Positions 1-12,803 are shown, counted from the first letter of the stretch. The stretch is 34,760 bases of DNA from Seison nebaliae (GCA_023231475.1 JALJEE010003057.1:124001-158760), one strand, 5' to 3'. Made by a program: numbers and translations. The notes: generated by a model not told the origin, from the letters alone.

Positions 1-1074
1 TTTCGAGGGAAAAGTATCATTGAAAAAAACGCCGTCGAACATTATCCAACGAAATTACATCGAATTATCAAATTGTCTTCATCGAAGAAAACGGTTGAAA
101 CAGCGAAATTCTCACCTGATGGTCAATATCTGATAACTGGATCATTTGATGGAACTATCGAAGTGTGGAATTTCATAACGGGACGATTGAGGAAAGATTT
201 AAAATATCAAATGGAGAAAGATTATATGAAAATGAATAATTGTATTCTCTCATTAACATTCACTTCTGATTCGGAATTATTAGGTAGTGGTGATGATGGT
301 GGTGATATCGTTATATGGAAATTGGATAATGGACAACCATTGAAGAAAATACGAAATGCTCATATGAAAGGAATAACATCATTACAATTTTCTTTAGATT
401 CTCAAAATACACTTTCTGCTTCATTCGATATGAATATTCGATTATATTCCGTTCGGAATGGTCGACTATTGAAAGAGTTTCGAGGACATACTTCTTTCGT
501 TAACGACGCTTCTTTTTTGACTGATGACTCATATATTTTGAGCTGTTCAGCTGATAGTACTTGTCGATTATGGAACATTCGATCGAATGAATGTGTAAAT
601 ACATTTTATGATGTGGGACAAGCAGCAATCGTTTCCACCGATTCCATCAATCAAATCGATTCCTCATATCCAACGACAAATAATTCGATTATTTCTATTC
701 ATCAATTACCGGAAGAGAAAATAGATGAGACTTCTGATAATAATAATATTCGAGAACGGTTTGTTGTTTGTACCAAATCATCAACCGTTCACATTATCGA
801 TACGAATGGAAGAATTTTGAATTCTTTATCATCAGGTAAAGTGAAAGATGGTGATTTTTTTGCTTGCACCATCTCACCAAAAGGTGATTGGCTTTATTGT
901 TTAGCTGAAGATAAACGTCTTTATTGTTTCTCTTTGAAATCATATCGTCTCGAACATACCATGGAAGTTCATGAGAATAATGTCATTGGATTACATCATC
1001 ATCCATTTAGAAATTTAATTGTGACTTATGCTGAAGAGAATATAATGAAATTATGGTCGAGTGATAACGACTAA
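1..1074 (+). CDS. SMU1: WD40 repeat-containing spliceosomal B-complex protein SMU1 (5'-truncated by the window edge)
   Basis: The frame is open from base 1 (FRGKSIIEKNAVEHYPTKLHRIIKL...). It carries SMU1-typical segments FSPDGQYLITGSFDGTIEVWNFITGRLRKDLKYQ, LKEFRGHTSFVND, SPKGDWLYCLAED and HHPFRNLIVTYAEE. No intron in the visible part. Confidence 0.95.
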   Translation, partial: FRGKSIIEKNAVEHYPTKLHRIIKLSSSKKTVETAKFSPDGQYLITGSFDGTIEVWNFITGRLRKDLKYQMEKDYMKMNNCILSLTFTSDSELLGSGDDGGDIVIWKLDNGQPLKKIRNAHMKGITSLQFSLDSQNTLSASFDMNIRLYSVRNGRLLKEFRGHTSFVNDASFLTDDSYILSCSADSTCRLWNIRSNECVNTFYDVGQAAIVSTDSINQIDSSYPTTNNSIISIHQLPEEKIDETSDNNNIRERFVVCTKSSTVHIIDTNGRILNSLSSGKVKDGDFFACTISPKGDWLYCLAEDKRLYCFSLKSYRLEHTMEVHENNVIGLHHHPFRNLIVTYAEENIMKLWSSDND

Positions 1075-1192
1075 TTTAATCTTTAAAATTTTTTTATTTG
1101 AATAAAACAATAAATTTCTTCAAAAAGTAAAATATTTGATGATAATCATTCTTCTGTTTATTTTAATCAATTAATTTTATCATTTTCTTTCA

Positions 1193-4100
1193 TTAACGAA
1201 ATATATTACTTCTCCATAACTGAGTGAATTTCTCGAAAGCGCTCATGTAATTATGTTGAGGAAGTTTCGTTTTTCTTACAGTTTTACATTTCGGACAACA
1301 TTCGCCAATTGCCGTTGGAAGGATTTGTTCACAATTCTCCAATTTCGGACATTGAACATCTTGACAGAAATTTTCTGGACATGAAGGACAACATGCTCCT
1401 GGTTGGTGGTATTGATCGTCATCGTCACAGTCTACTATGGGACAATTATTCAAATCGATTTCTTTACAATTATTTCTCTCACATGCTGAACAGCAATGAC
1501 CAATTTCTGGTTGTGCTAGGATTGGATTAGAACATTTGGGTTTTTCACATTTTACTTTCGAACAATTTTGTCGACATTTCGGACAACATTCACCAGGTAA
1601 ATAATATTGATTCACTTGATCGCATCTCAATATCGGACATTCGATTTGGGAACAATCGTCCTTGCACGTTTTACAACATTTATTATTCTTAAAATCAGCA
1701 GGAATTGGATTGGGACAATTTGCTATTTGACATTTAGTAAGATCACATTGCAAATCATTACAAACAGCCGTCTTATAACATCGTTTCGGTTGGCCGACAC
1801 ACATATTTTTTTCGATACATATCGTTCCGAAAGGACATCTTCTTTCCTACAAATGAGAGAAACGAATAAAAAGAGAAATTATTAAAATTAACATCACATT
1901 TCTTATAATGAGTCTTAATTTTTTTACAAGTTGCTTTCCTCCCATCCAACACACATTGGGAATCAATTGAGCATTTAAAATTCTTACATAAATCATCCAT
2001 CAAATCTGAAATGAATAATAATAATAATTTATTGTCCACTAATGAAAATATAATTAAAATAGAGACCTCTTTGACATCGATTACAACATTGAGTCCCGTA
2101 ATTCATCGGCATAAAACACCACATTGAATGACAATTGAATTGTGTTCGACAAACGATCTTACTCGTTGCTTCACATTTACATTCTTGACAATTCGATTTC
2201 TCAACAACTTCTCCAACTGCATAATGTTTCCCATTCTTCTCACAACCTAAAAAATAGTCTTACGATGTTAATAGTGGTGAAAGAATAGAACCTGCTACAC
2301 ATTCCAAACAACATTTTCCCGGTTTCATAATCGGATTATCGCAGAATGTGGGTGGACAAACCGGTGGTTGACATTGGACAGTACCAAAAAGACAAATACA
2401 AGTCAAACATTCACTTACCGCCCAAGTCTGTCCATTGATGTATGGTTTATTTTGATATTCACAATTATTCGAACAAGTTGGACAACATTCACCGGTTTGG
2501 AGAACTGGTTTGGGACATGAGATTGCTGGGCATTTTATCGAATCGCATTTAAATCCAGATACTGTACATTTACATCTCGTACATTTATTCTTCACTAATG
2601 TCTGACCGATATGATACACATCGCCTTCAAATCGACAAACATTTGCTTCCCCACATACCTTACAACATTGACCAGGTATGGAAATTATCTTTTCACAATT
2701 CAAAGGTGGACAAGGTTTGACGATACAATTAGTTTTATTTCCCTCACTACACATACAAGTTTCACACGGATTTTTGAAAAATTTCTGACCCAATTGATAA
2801 GTTCTTCCTTCGTACGTACAAACTTTTGAATAGGAAGATAATTAAGCATTAAAAATTTTCTTGAAATTCTAACCGTTCGTCGCTAGACATTGAGGACAAC
2901 ATTTACCTTTAATAGTAATCGGATTGTCACAAGTTAACGCCGGACATTTGATCGTTTCACAAAATACTTTCGCCTGTTCAGCGCAAGTACAAACGGTACA
3001 TTTATCTCTATAGAACTTTTGACCAATGGTAAATATTTTACCTTTCTCATAACATTCTTGAGATTGGAAATTATTGAGATATTGGAATTATTCGAATTAA
3101 GAAAATGAAAACCGTTTGGACAAATAGGACAACACTGTCCGGGAATAATTCTTGCATTTGCACAATTTATATAAGGACAAGTTTTTCGTTTACAATTAAA
3201 ATTACCACTTGCCAAACAAGTACAAATGGTACATGAATTAGCCGCATATTTCTCACCCATTTTATAATATTGACCATTATAAGTACAGCCCGTTGTTGGA
3301 CCTAACAGAAAATTATCAACACTTAATCATTCATAAAAATAATTAGAGGGACTACCTATTGTTGTTGTCCAACAAACTGGACAACATTCACCTGGTTTAA
3401 TGATGGGATTAAAACAACTAATTCCAGGACATGTAGTGGACGTGCAATTCATTTTATTATTTTGCATACAAACACATTGTTCGCAAGGTGATTTCTTAAG
3501 AATTGCATTCACTTCATAATGCATTCCATAATAATTGCAACCTTAAATAATCAAAAAACATTTTTAAAAGAAAACTGAAATGACGAGACGTTCAAACCCG
3601 TTTGACAAACTGGACAACATTTTCCTGGAATCTGAATAGGCATACATGACGGTAATGTTGGACAATTCATTTTTCTACATTTAATTCCATTCTCCGTACA
3701 TTCACAAATGGTACAAACATCTTGATGATAAACGAATCCCAACGGTAACGCTTTATCTCCTTTCATACAAACTGAAAGAAGAAATTAAATGAAATCTGGT
3801 AAATTTCTTCTAACTTCCTAAAGGACAAATTGGACAACATTTATCTTGTGGTTTGATTGGTTTTGGACAGTTTAATGTGGGACAGGTTGGCTCTTTGCAT
3901 TTGATGAGACCGGTTGGTAAACAGATGCATGACTTACACTTCTCCAAAGTGAAATATTGACCGATGAAATATCGGAATCCTTCATAAGTACAATATTTCG
4001 GTTTGTCGTTCGCACAAACTGGACAACATTGATTTGACAAATATTCCAATTGTGCACAACGCAATTGTGGACAGATAATCGTTCGACATGTTGGAGAGCC

Positions 4101-7100
4101 TTCGATACATTGACAGAATTCACAATTACTTCTTTGAAATGATGTTCCGTTGGGATATGTTACACTATTCTCCGTACACGAATGTTGACATGACGGACAA
4201 CAATTACCAGCCACAATATTTTGAATTTTACAAGTTAATGTGGGACATTCTGGTGTAACACATTTTAATTGACCACCTTCTCGACACGTACATTTCTCAC
4301 AAACATTTCTCATAAACACTTGACCATAATTATAAGTAATTCCATTTTCCGTACATTTTTCCTGACAAATCGGACAACAAATTCCATCGATTTTCGTTGG
4401 TTGCGAACAAGATAAAATAGGACATTGTTCCGTTCTACAATCCACTTTTCCTTCTTCACAACATCGACAAGTGGTACATTCATCAACATCGAACGTCTGT
4501 CCTAATCGATAAACTTTTCCTTCTTTGTTACATGTGATGGGACAGAATGGACAACAAAGGTCATCATTCTTCACCGGATTAAGACAAGGAGGTGTGGGAC
4601 ATTTAATTGTCTCACATTGAACTCCTTTCACATTGCATCGACACTTCTTACATGGAGTTGGATTGAAATATTCACCCAACAGATATCTCTTGCCATCTGC
4701 TTCACAATTCGATGGACAAATCGGACAACAATTTCCTTCAATTTTTTGAGGATTCGAACAATCCACCGGGGGACATGAAACTTGGACACATGACACTTTT
4801 CCATTTCTTCCACAAACACATCGACTACATGGATCACGATAAAATGTTTGTCCGAGAACATAAACAACATCTTTCTCCGGACATGCTACAAATAAAACGG
4901 AAAATAAATTAATGATAAATAAAATTATTAAATGTATTAATAAAAATTAAATTTACTTGAAGGACATTCAGGACAACATCGGCCGGCTTTCTTAATGGGA
5001 TTTTGACAGAAGCATTCCGGACATTCAACTTTTTTGCATGTTACTCTACCATCATTTTCACATACGCATTTAGTACATTCGTCTTTATGGAATATTTCAC
5101 CAGCACTATAAACTTTATCATCCACCACACAAACTATAAATGAAATTATTAAATATTTTTAATGACATGAAGAAATAACTGTTCGTGCAAACTGGACAAC
5201 ATGTTCCTGGATGAGTTATTTTATTCATACATTGCAATTGTTGACATTGGATTTGTTGACAATGAACTCCGTTTTTGGTACATTGACATTTGACACATGT
5301 ATCTCTATAAAAGAGATCGCCAACTTTATAAGTTGTTCCTTTTTCAAGACAAGCTAATAATCGAATAAATCATAAGATTATGAAATTAATTATAATGATC
5401 AAAATGAATCATTAACTATCTGAACAATGGGGACAACATTTCCCAGTAATTTTTATAGGATTCGAACATTGAACTGTTGGACAAACTTTAGTTTCACATT
5501 TCATTTGTCCAGCTTTCTGACAAACACAGGAATTACAATCATCCTTTTGTACGCTTTGTCCAACATTATATGCAGTTCCATCATAAATACAATCTAAAAA
5601 GTATTTGAACTTTACGGCAAGACGAAAATAGAGAACTTGCGGGACAAATTGGACAACATTTACCCGGTATCATTACCGGTTTTTGACATTCCAATGATGG
5701 GCATTTAGAAACGATACAAGTTACTTGACCATTCAAATTACATATGCAGGAAGTGCAAGGATCCTTTTTAAATTTCTGTCCTATTGTATAAGCGATATCT
5801 TCATATTGACAAGCTGACAAGAATGATTAATATATTATCGATAAAAGGAAATTGGAACTATTGAAACATTGAGGACAACAAATTCCGGGAATTTTCTTTG
5901 GCGTTGCACAAGTGACAGGTGGACAAATGATTTTCTGACATTTAACTTCGCTAGTTGTCAAACATTTGCATTTATTACATTCTCCTTTATAAAAGACTTG
6001 ACCGTATCGATAACTGATTCCTTCATGAGTACAGTCCATTCTACAGACAGGACAGCATTCTGCAGGTAATTTTATTGGATTAGGACAAGTGACTGGTTTG
6101 CATTTGGTTGAGAAACATTCCACTTTATTATTCACTCCACAGAAACATCGAGTACAGACATCTTTATAAAAGACCTGACCAATCGTATAAGTGATCTGAT
6201 CGACGGTACATGCTTAAGTATTTAAATGATGATGATTTATTAATTATGATAAAACGAACTTTCTGGACATTGACCACAACAGGCACCTGGTAATTTGATT
6301 TGATTCTCACAATTCAAAGTAGGACATTGTTCAGTCATACAAGTAACTTTGTTGTTCATTTGACATATGCATTTCGTACAAGCATCTCGATGAAACACTT
6401 GATTAACCGAATACGTTTTCGATCCATCCTCACAAGCTGTTCAATAACGTGCAAAATTTAATTTTAGAAACTTATTATTTATTTTATAAAACTGGATGGA
6501 CAGATTGGACAACATTGACTGGGTATATTAATTGGTTTTGTACAACTGGGTGTTTGACACGACTCCACTATACAATCGACTTTCGAGTTCGTATTGCACG
6601 TACATTTGGTGCATGGATCTCTAAAAAAGGTTTGTCCTATTGAATAAATTATTCCATTTTCATTACATCCCTTCGAACAAATCGGACAACATGTCCCAGG
6701 CAATTGAATCTTTCTCGAACAAGTGATGGGAGTACACTCCTCAGTCGTACAAACGATGTTCGAACCTTCTTCACATTTACATTTGGTGCAGGCGTCTCGA
6801 TGAAACTCTTTCCCCAGAGGAATAATTAATCCTTTCTCTTCACACTCTAATTTGATAAGGGGAAATTTAAAAGAATAAAATTATTTAAATTATTTTAATT
6901 GTTCAACTTTGATGACAAATCGGACAACATTTCCCTGGAACTTGCACAGTGCCCAAACAATTGAGTGGTGGACAAACTTCATGTTGACAATTTATATATC
7001 CCAATTCTTCACATACACATTTAGTACAATCATCTTTTTGAAATTGCTGATTAGTTTCATAAATAATTCCATTATGCTCACAAACTATTCATTCAAATGG

Positions 7101-8181
7101 AAACGGAATGAGAATAAGAATTAAAATGTAAATATTAATAATGTTAAACTTTTCTGACAAATTGGACAACATGTACCTGGTTTAACAATTGGCGATTGAC
7201 ATTTTACAGGAGGACAAGTTTTATGCGTACACGGCATAAGGCCATTTACCTCACAAGTACAAATGATACAAGGTGAATCTTGATATTTTTCTCCGATTTC
7301 GAAACTCATATTACGATATTGGCAAACTATAGAAGGAGCTGATGATAAATTAATGATAAATTTGAAATAAATTTGATTATAAAATAATCACGTTCGTTCG
7401 GACAAGTTCCACAACAACTATCCGGTTTAATTATTGGATTAGCACAAGCCAATAAGGGACATGGCTTCTTTGAACAAATTGCTCCGTTGGCAGTACAAAC
7501 ACAAATTGTACATTTGTCTTTCTTATATTGTTGCCCAACTTCATATTGTTGACCGTTGTGTTCACAAGGGAATTTTGTATCACAGGCTGGACAACAAGCC
7601 CCAACTAACATTATTGGATATTGACAAGTTAACTGAGGACATTTCGGCATTTGACAATTTATGGTGCCACTTTCACACGTACATTGTGTATTGCATTTGG
7701 ATCGACGGAATCGTTGACCATTATTGTACGTTTTCCCATTTTGTTTACAAGTTGTGTCACCACAATTGCCACGTCTTTTTATGAACAGTCGTTTATTTCG
7801 ACATCGAGCTTTTCTAAATGTACATAAATTACTGTAAGTAATACCGTTATTTGCACACATCGGATCTTCATTTTTACCACATTTTTTATTACAAACATTA
7901 TATTGGTGGTTAAATGGAATATTTTCCATATATGGCAAGTTCATAGACGACGGTAATCTTCCAAATGTTTCCATTAAGAAATTTTGGAGATGTTCTGGTG
8001 GGATTTCTGGTAATCGTTCACTTTGTGGCATTCGATTTTGTGAGACTCTATAAGTATTCTTACCCAAATCTTTCTCATTATTCAACGCCGAATCGGATAA
8101 ATAAATCGATTCTCTTCTTTCATTAAAATTACTCCACACTAAAGTGAAATGGCAGAATGATATTACATATAAGAAAATCAT
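1193..8181 (-). CDS. Secreted kielin/chordin-like cysteine-rich protein: signal peptide, Kazal domain, ~27 VWC repeats, follistatin-N-like module, 5 half-VWC repeats; 19 exons, ~2,000 aa
   Basis: The many minus-strand Cys-rich ORFs join in frame through 18 GT-AG introns of roughly 40-70 nt. Repeats follow C-x4-G-x2-Y-x2-G-x2-F-x3-C-x2-C-x-C...CP...C...G-x-CCP-x-C. The N-terminus is hydrophobic ([17 protein letters not shown]) and is followed by the Kazal motif [27 protein letters not shown]. Confidence 0.9.
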
Positions 8182-8847
8182 TATTCCAAAATGAAAGTTT
8201 TCGTTTCATCTTTCTTTTTAATATTCTTCAAAAATTTAACAATTTTGTATGACATATTTTTTATTAACATTTTTATTCAAATTCACTTTCCAAAACTATA
8301 AATTCTTTGGGACATTGTGATGAATTCTTCTATGTTCTCCGAAAATATAAGAAGACAAATGTCTACGAGATAAGTTAATTTTCAATTTACAAATTAAATA
8401 CGGATATTACTTATACTTATTAAGTACATAACTTACGTTTTTTGGATGTTTAATGATAATTTTCATTTTTGTTCATTATTTTAAAACAATTTTTAAATTA
8501 TAAAAGTGAAATTGATTTTGTGATCAATTTTGTTTTAAACCTATAATCGGTATCTTTTTTCATCTTTAATCACTTTTCTTTTGGGATTTTTCGGAAGTTT
8601 CGTTTTGACTTCAATTTAAAATTAAATAAAACTTTCATTAACGAGGTGTTGATATTATGAGCAAATGAGATTCTATAGAATAATTAATTAAAATGAAATT
8701 ATATCGTTTTTCTACTCTGAACATACAATTGGCAACATAATAAAGAATTATGGTATAAAGATCGAAAGTTAAGAAGTTGAAATTAAATGAAATACCATGT
8801 TATTTATCGAAATTTATCTAGAATGAATCCTTTCCAAATAAACTTCC

Positions 8848-10380
8848 CTACAATTCGCTATGAAAACTGGGCAAGTCATCCATTTTGCGTCGTTCTTCAA
8901 AGAATTTCTTCAACGAAGCGACACTTCTTTTCATCAGAATTTCGTTACTAGACGAGGATCTTCTAAGAAAACTTGACCTGTATTTATTCGAACTGCTTAA
9001 CGAAAGTGCTAGTTCTGACTGAATTCCATATAATCCATGTTCTTCTAAGATTTCCTGTGAAGATTGACTAAATTCTAAATTATCTATTGTATCATATTTC
9101 TTGTAGCATTCGGCCGAGTTATTATGATTTTCCTTTGGAGAGAAATTCAGGTCGCTGAAGGACGTAAAGTCATTTATGTCGTCTATCGTCACTAACGATT
9201 GTGTTTTCTTCATTTGATTTCCATCTAAATTTTTATCAACAATATTCTGCGTAATCGATTCAGTTTTTAAAGAATCGAACGACTTAGACTTCTCGATCGA
9301 AGAAACTTTTCTTTTATTTTTATAAATATAACACGCGTTTGGTAACGGAGGTTTCGGTTTACTTATTGTTCGTTTGATTTTGTTAAGAAAAGTTCCTCTT
9401 TGGTTGGATTTCGTTTGATTAAGATTACGACAAAGTTTCAATTCGGAAGAAATTCTCGAACAAATATCTTCACCTTCATCTTCCTGATCATAATGGCCGA
9501 GTTCGATGAAGGATCTGTATCTTTTTTCGAAGGATTTTAATTCAGGAATGACTCGATTGTTATCGGAAGTGTTGTCGGTTGCTGAACTATTGGCAATATA
9601 AGCACTGACATAAGGTAGTTTGTGATGTGATGAGAGAATGGCAGGCATAACGGGCAGATGTGAACCTGGTAATGTTTGTATGATGTGAGATATACGTTGT
9701 TGAATGTATGATTTAGTTTGAATTTCGGAGAAACAATTTGGAATAAGAGAATTGATCAATTGTTTCTCACGTCTCGATAATTTATCGATAACATCTCGAG
9801 CTAAAATAGAATTTAAATAATCGATCGTTTCTTCTGGTAATTCAAAATCGTTATTTTCATGAATTGGCGTATCTCTTAAATTCGTCATTTGAGAGAGGAA
9901 ATTTCCTTCGTAAAATTGAGAGAATTCGTCAGTACGGTTATGCTGATTAACATTCCAATTCGATTGATTAGAGTTATGTTTGTTTCGATTATAGAATTTT
10001 TTTTTAAATCGATTAAAATTTTTTTCGACATCTGGCGATTTATAATTCTCTTTCCAAAAGAATCCGAATACTAAAATGAGAGTGCCCATAATGACAGTGG
10101 CAATAATACCGATGAGAGGCGGTCCATATGTTAATAATTGAAAGAAGAAAATATATGTGGAAGATTTATCACGACCATGATGATCTTTTAATAGATAACT
10201 TTCGGAATGCATTGACGAAGAGGGATTGTCCAAAGCATCATCTGCCAAGATCGTGACGGAGAATGTGTAATTGGAAGGGACATCTTCGATCCCATCGTTC
10301 GTTGCCATAGCAATAGGAAAGAGGCGAAGAGTAAAGGTAAGAATCAATAAGAATATTGATGGACATACATTCATGTGCAT
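8848..10380 (-). CDS. Uncharacterised single-pass type I membrane protein (510 aa, intronless)
   Basis: Long ORF in AT-rich DNA. It has a signal-peptide-like start, one hydrophobic segment (PPLIGIIATVIMGTLILVFGFFW) followed by basic residues, and a Ser-rich tail. No family recognised. Confidence 0.8.
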   Translation of the reverse strand: MHMNVCPSIFLLILTFTLRLFPIAMATNDGIEDVPSNYTFSVTILADDALDNPSSSMHSESYLLKDHHGRDKSSTYIFFFQLLTYGPPLIGIIATVIMGTLILVFGFFWKENYKSPDVEKNFNRFKKKFYNRNKHNSNQSNWNVNQHNRTDEFSQFYEGNFLSQMTNLRDTPIHENNDFELPEETIDYLNSILARDVIDKLSRREKQLINSLIPNCFSEIQTKSYIQQRISHIIQTLPGSHLPVMPAILSSHHKLPYVSAYIANSSATDNTSDNNRVIPELKSFEKRYRSFIELGHYDQEDEGEDICSRISSELKLCRNLNQTKSNQRGTFLNKIKRTISKPKPPLPNACYIYKNKRKVSSIEKSKSFDSLKTESITQNIVDKNLDGNQMKKTQSLVTIDDINDFTSFSDLNFSPKENHNNSAECYKKYDTIDNLEFSQSSQEILEEHGLYGIQSELALSLSSSNKYRSSFLRRSSSSNEILMKRSVASLKKFFEERRKMDDLPSFHSEL

Positions 10381-11022
10381 TGCTGCTCAAATCATATTCC
10401 GAAAATAGAAAACAAGTAGGTATAACCGAAATAAACTAGCCTTACCTAATACAAAATTGGATTATGAAGAAATTAAAAATGAAAAAATTCTTTTCCAAAT
10501 TTCTACATTCTACTTACATTAACAACTGTTATTGAATCACTCAGTCACTTTAAATGTTTAAATCAACCAAAATTGAAAGAGTTAAAAAATATTTTTTTAA
10601 AAATTATTTTCATAGACACTTTTGGAATTTAGTGGAAAATTTTAATTTGGATTTTTCCCCAACAACAAGTGTCCAAGAAATCTGGCGTGTTTTATCGGAC
10701 AATCCTTCTATAAACAAATCGGAAGAGAAATATGTTTATCATTCCTTCCAATATTGTTCATATTGATTATTGAGATTGTGAAATATGTTAGGAGGAGGAT
10801 ATGGAAATGTAATCGTGAATAAATAATCATATGTCAACATCTATTTCTGCCAATGAGATATTTCTACTAGCTAAATTGAGAACAGTGAGTAGAGTTTATT
10901 GTTTGTTAATGACAAATTGATTGATAACAATCCCTCGTTTTAATGAAGAGGCAAATATAAGTGAGATAATATGAATCGAAGGAAAAAAAAATCGAACTCA
11001 CAAAATAAGAAAGTCCAAAAAA

Positions 11023-11439
11023 ATGGAAAAATTTTCAGTAATAATTTTATTGATTTGTATTATCATTTCAAGAATATCAGTGAGCGAAGCGGTGAAATGT
11101 TTCGCTTGTGACAGTTCAAATGATCCAAAATGTTCTCGTGAAGAAAATCAAGTAGTTGGAATAGCCGATGATATAGAATGTACTGGATATTGTATAGTTA
11201 GAATTCTATAAGAATATTATTATTATCTAATTTTTCAGTATATGTCAAATCCCACTCATAATTCGCTGGATTTTCCACATATTCATCGAAGTTGTTTGGC
11301 TATTTGTCCGGCGGATTCGGCAGGGTATAAAGTGAAATGTTGTAAATCGAATTACTGCAACGGAAGTGGATCATTAAGAGCGTATTCTCTAATTGGAGTG
11401 ATGATTTTATTAATAAAATATTTGATAATGAAATTATAA
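11023..11439 (+). CDS. Ly6/uPAR three-finger protein, probably GPI-anchored (quiver/sleepless-like); 2 exons
   Basis: A 42-nt intron (GTTAGA...TTTCAG) joins two ORFs. The product has a signal peptide, 10 Cys from VKCFAC to CCKSNYCN, then GSG and a hydrophobic C-terminal tail. Confidence 0.88.
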
Positions 11440-11486
11440 TAGGGGGAATATGTGGTGGAAATGATGAATTTTTTTTTCTTTAAACT

Positions 11487-12803
11487 TTATCGGAAGAGAA
11501 TGAAAAGTATGAGAAATATTAAGAGAATTCCAAATATTTTTACTGTCAACCATCTACTGGATGAAATGGATTTGAAATATTTCATCAATTCTCCATACGC
11601 TCCTGTTATGTTTACGTTAATCTCATCTACATTTTCATCGATTCTTTAAAAAAAATTTTATTTTCATCTCAATTTAATAAATTTCACCTTAACACTATCT
11701 CTTCTTGCTGATGGACCATATGTGCCAATTGTTGGAAGATCGTTCCTAAATCAACGATCGTTTTCTCAATGTTCTCCATTGCATTTGCTCGTTCCGTCAG
11801 GAAAGCTCCTTCATTCTTCACTAATAATTGTTGTTGTTGTTGTTGTTGTTGGGAATGTTGTTCTGATTCCATAGCGATTTCGGTAGCCGTCAAATTAGTA
11901 GAACTTGAACCGCCACTAAATAAATATTGAAGAGAAATATTTGATTGGGAAAAAAAAAGAACTCTAATATTGCTCCACTGTATGGATCGACAATTGGAGC
12001 ATTTAATCGTTGTCTTAATTCACTGGATGATGTTCCTTCATTTCCATTAGATTGTGTTGTTGTTGTTGTTGTTGGTCCTCGATATAATGCCGAACCTTAA
12101 ATGAATTATTAATAAAATTTTTTTTAAATGAAAAAAAATTATTTAAATTATGAAAAATAACCACTACTGTTGAGCAGGAGAGGATTAGTCGCTACCTTTT
12201 TTTCATTTTGATTTTTTTGGATGTTATTTGAACTTTGAGAATTAGAGACCTTTAACGGAACATTCGAAGAGAATTGATCTTTTCTATTTTTTTGTTCTTT
12301 CAATTTTTCAGTACTTTCTTCCAATAATCCTTTAAATTCATTTGACATCGTCGCTAATTGAGACTAAAGAAAGATTATGAAAATTTGATGGAAAACGTTA
12401 CTTGAAGATTGAGAACGATGGTATTGTTATGAGATTGAATGTTCTTCGAAAGATTATTGTGATTTCGAGATTCAGATTTCATATATTCCTGCAATTGACC
12501 CAATCGTCCGTTCAAACCATTGACATCGCTTTTTATGATTAACATCAATTGTTGAATCTCTTGAGATTTGTCGTTGAAAAGTGAATGTTGTCGAGCGATG
12601 ATTGACAATTTCTCCAATTTCGAATAAGTTCTTGATAATTCTGAACCGATTCCTTTCGATAATTGATTGAATCTTTTACACTTATCAATCAACATATCTT
12701 TATTCGATAATTTCTTTTTGTCATTCTCCCCATAAGAATTCTTCGAACGAAACGTATTCACAATCGAAGTGAATTCACTTAAACGATTCTGAGAATCATA
12801 CAT
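11487..12803 (-). CDS. STX5: Syntaxin-5 (Golgi Qa-SNARE); 5 exons
   Basis: N-peptide NRLSEF; Habc motif KLEKLSIIARQHSLFNDKSQEIQQL; SNARE motif ERANAMENIEKTIVDLGTIFQQLAHMVHQQEEIVLRIDENV; tail anchor ELMKYFKSISSSRWLTVKIFGILLIFLILFILFR*. Confidence 0.95.

Noticed and set aside
1309..7784. Plus-strand and alternate-frame ORFs overlapping the VWC gene
   Set aside because: Shadow ORFs of Cys-rich coding sequence with no recognisable protein features.
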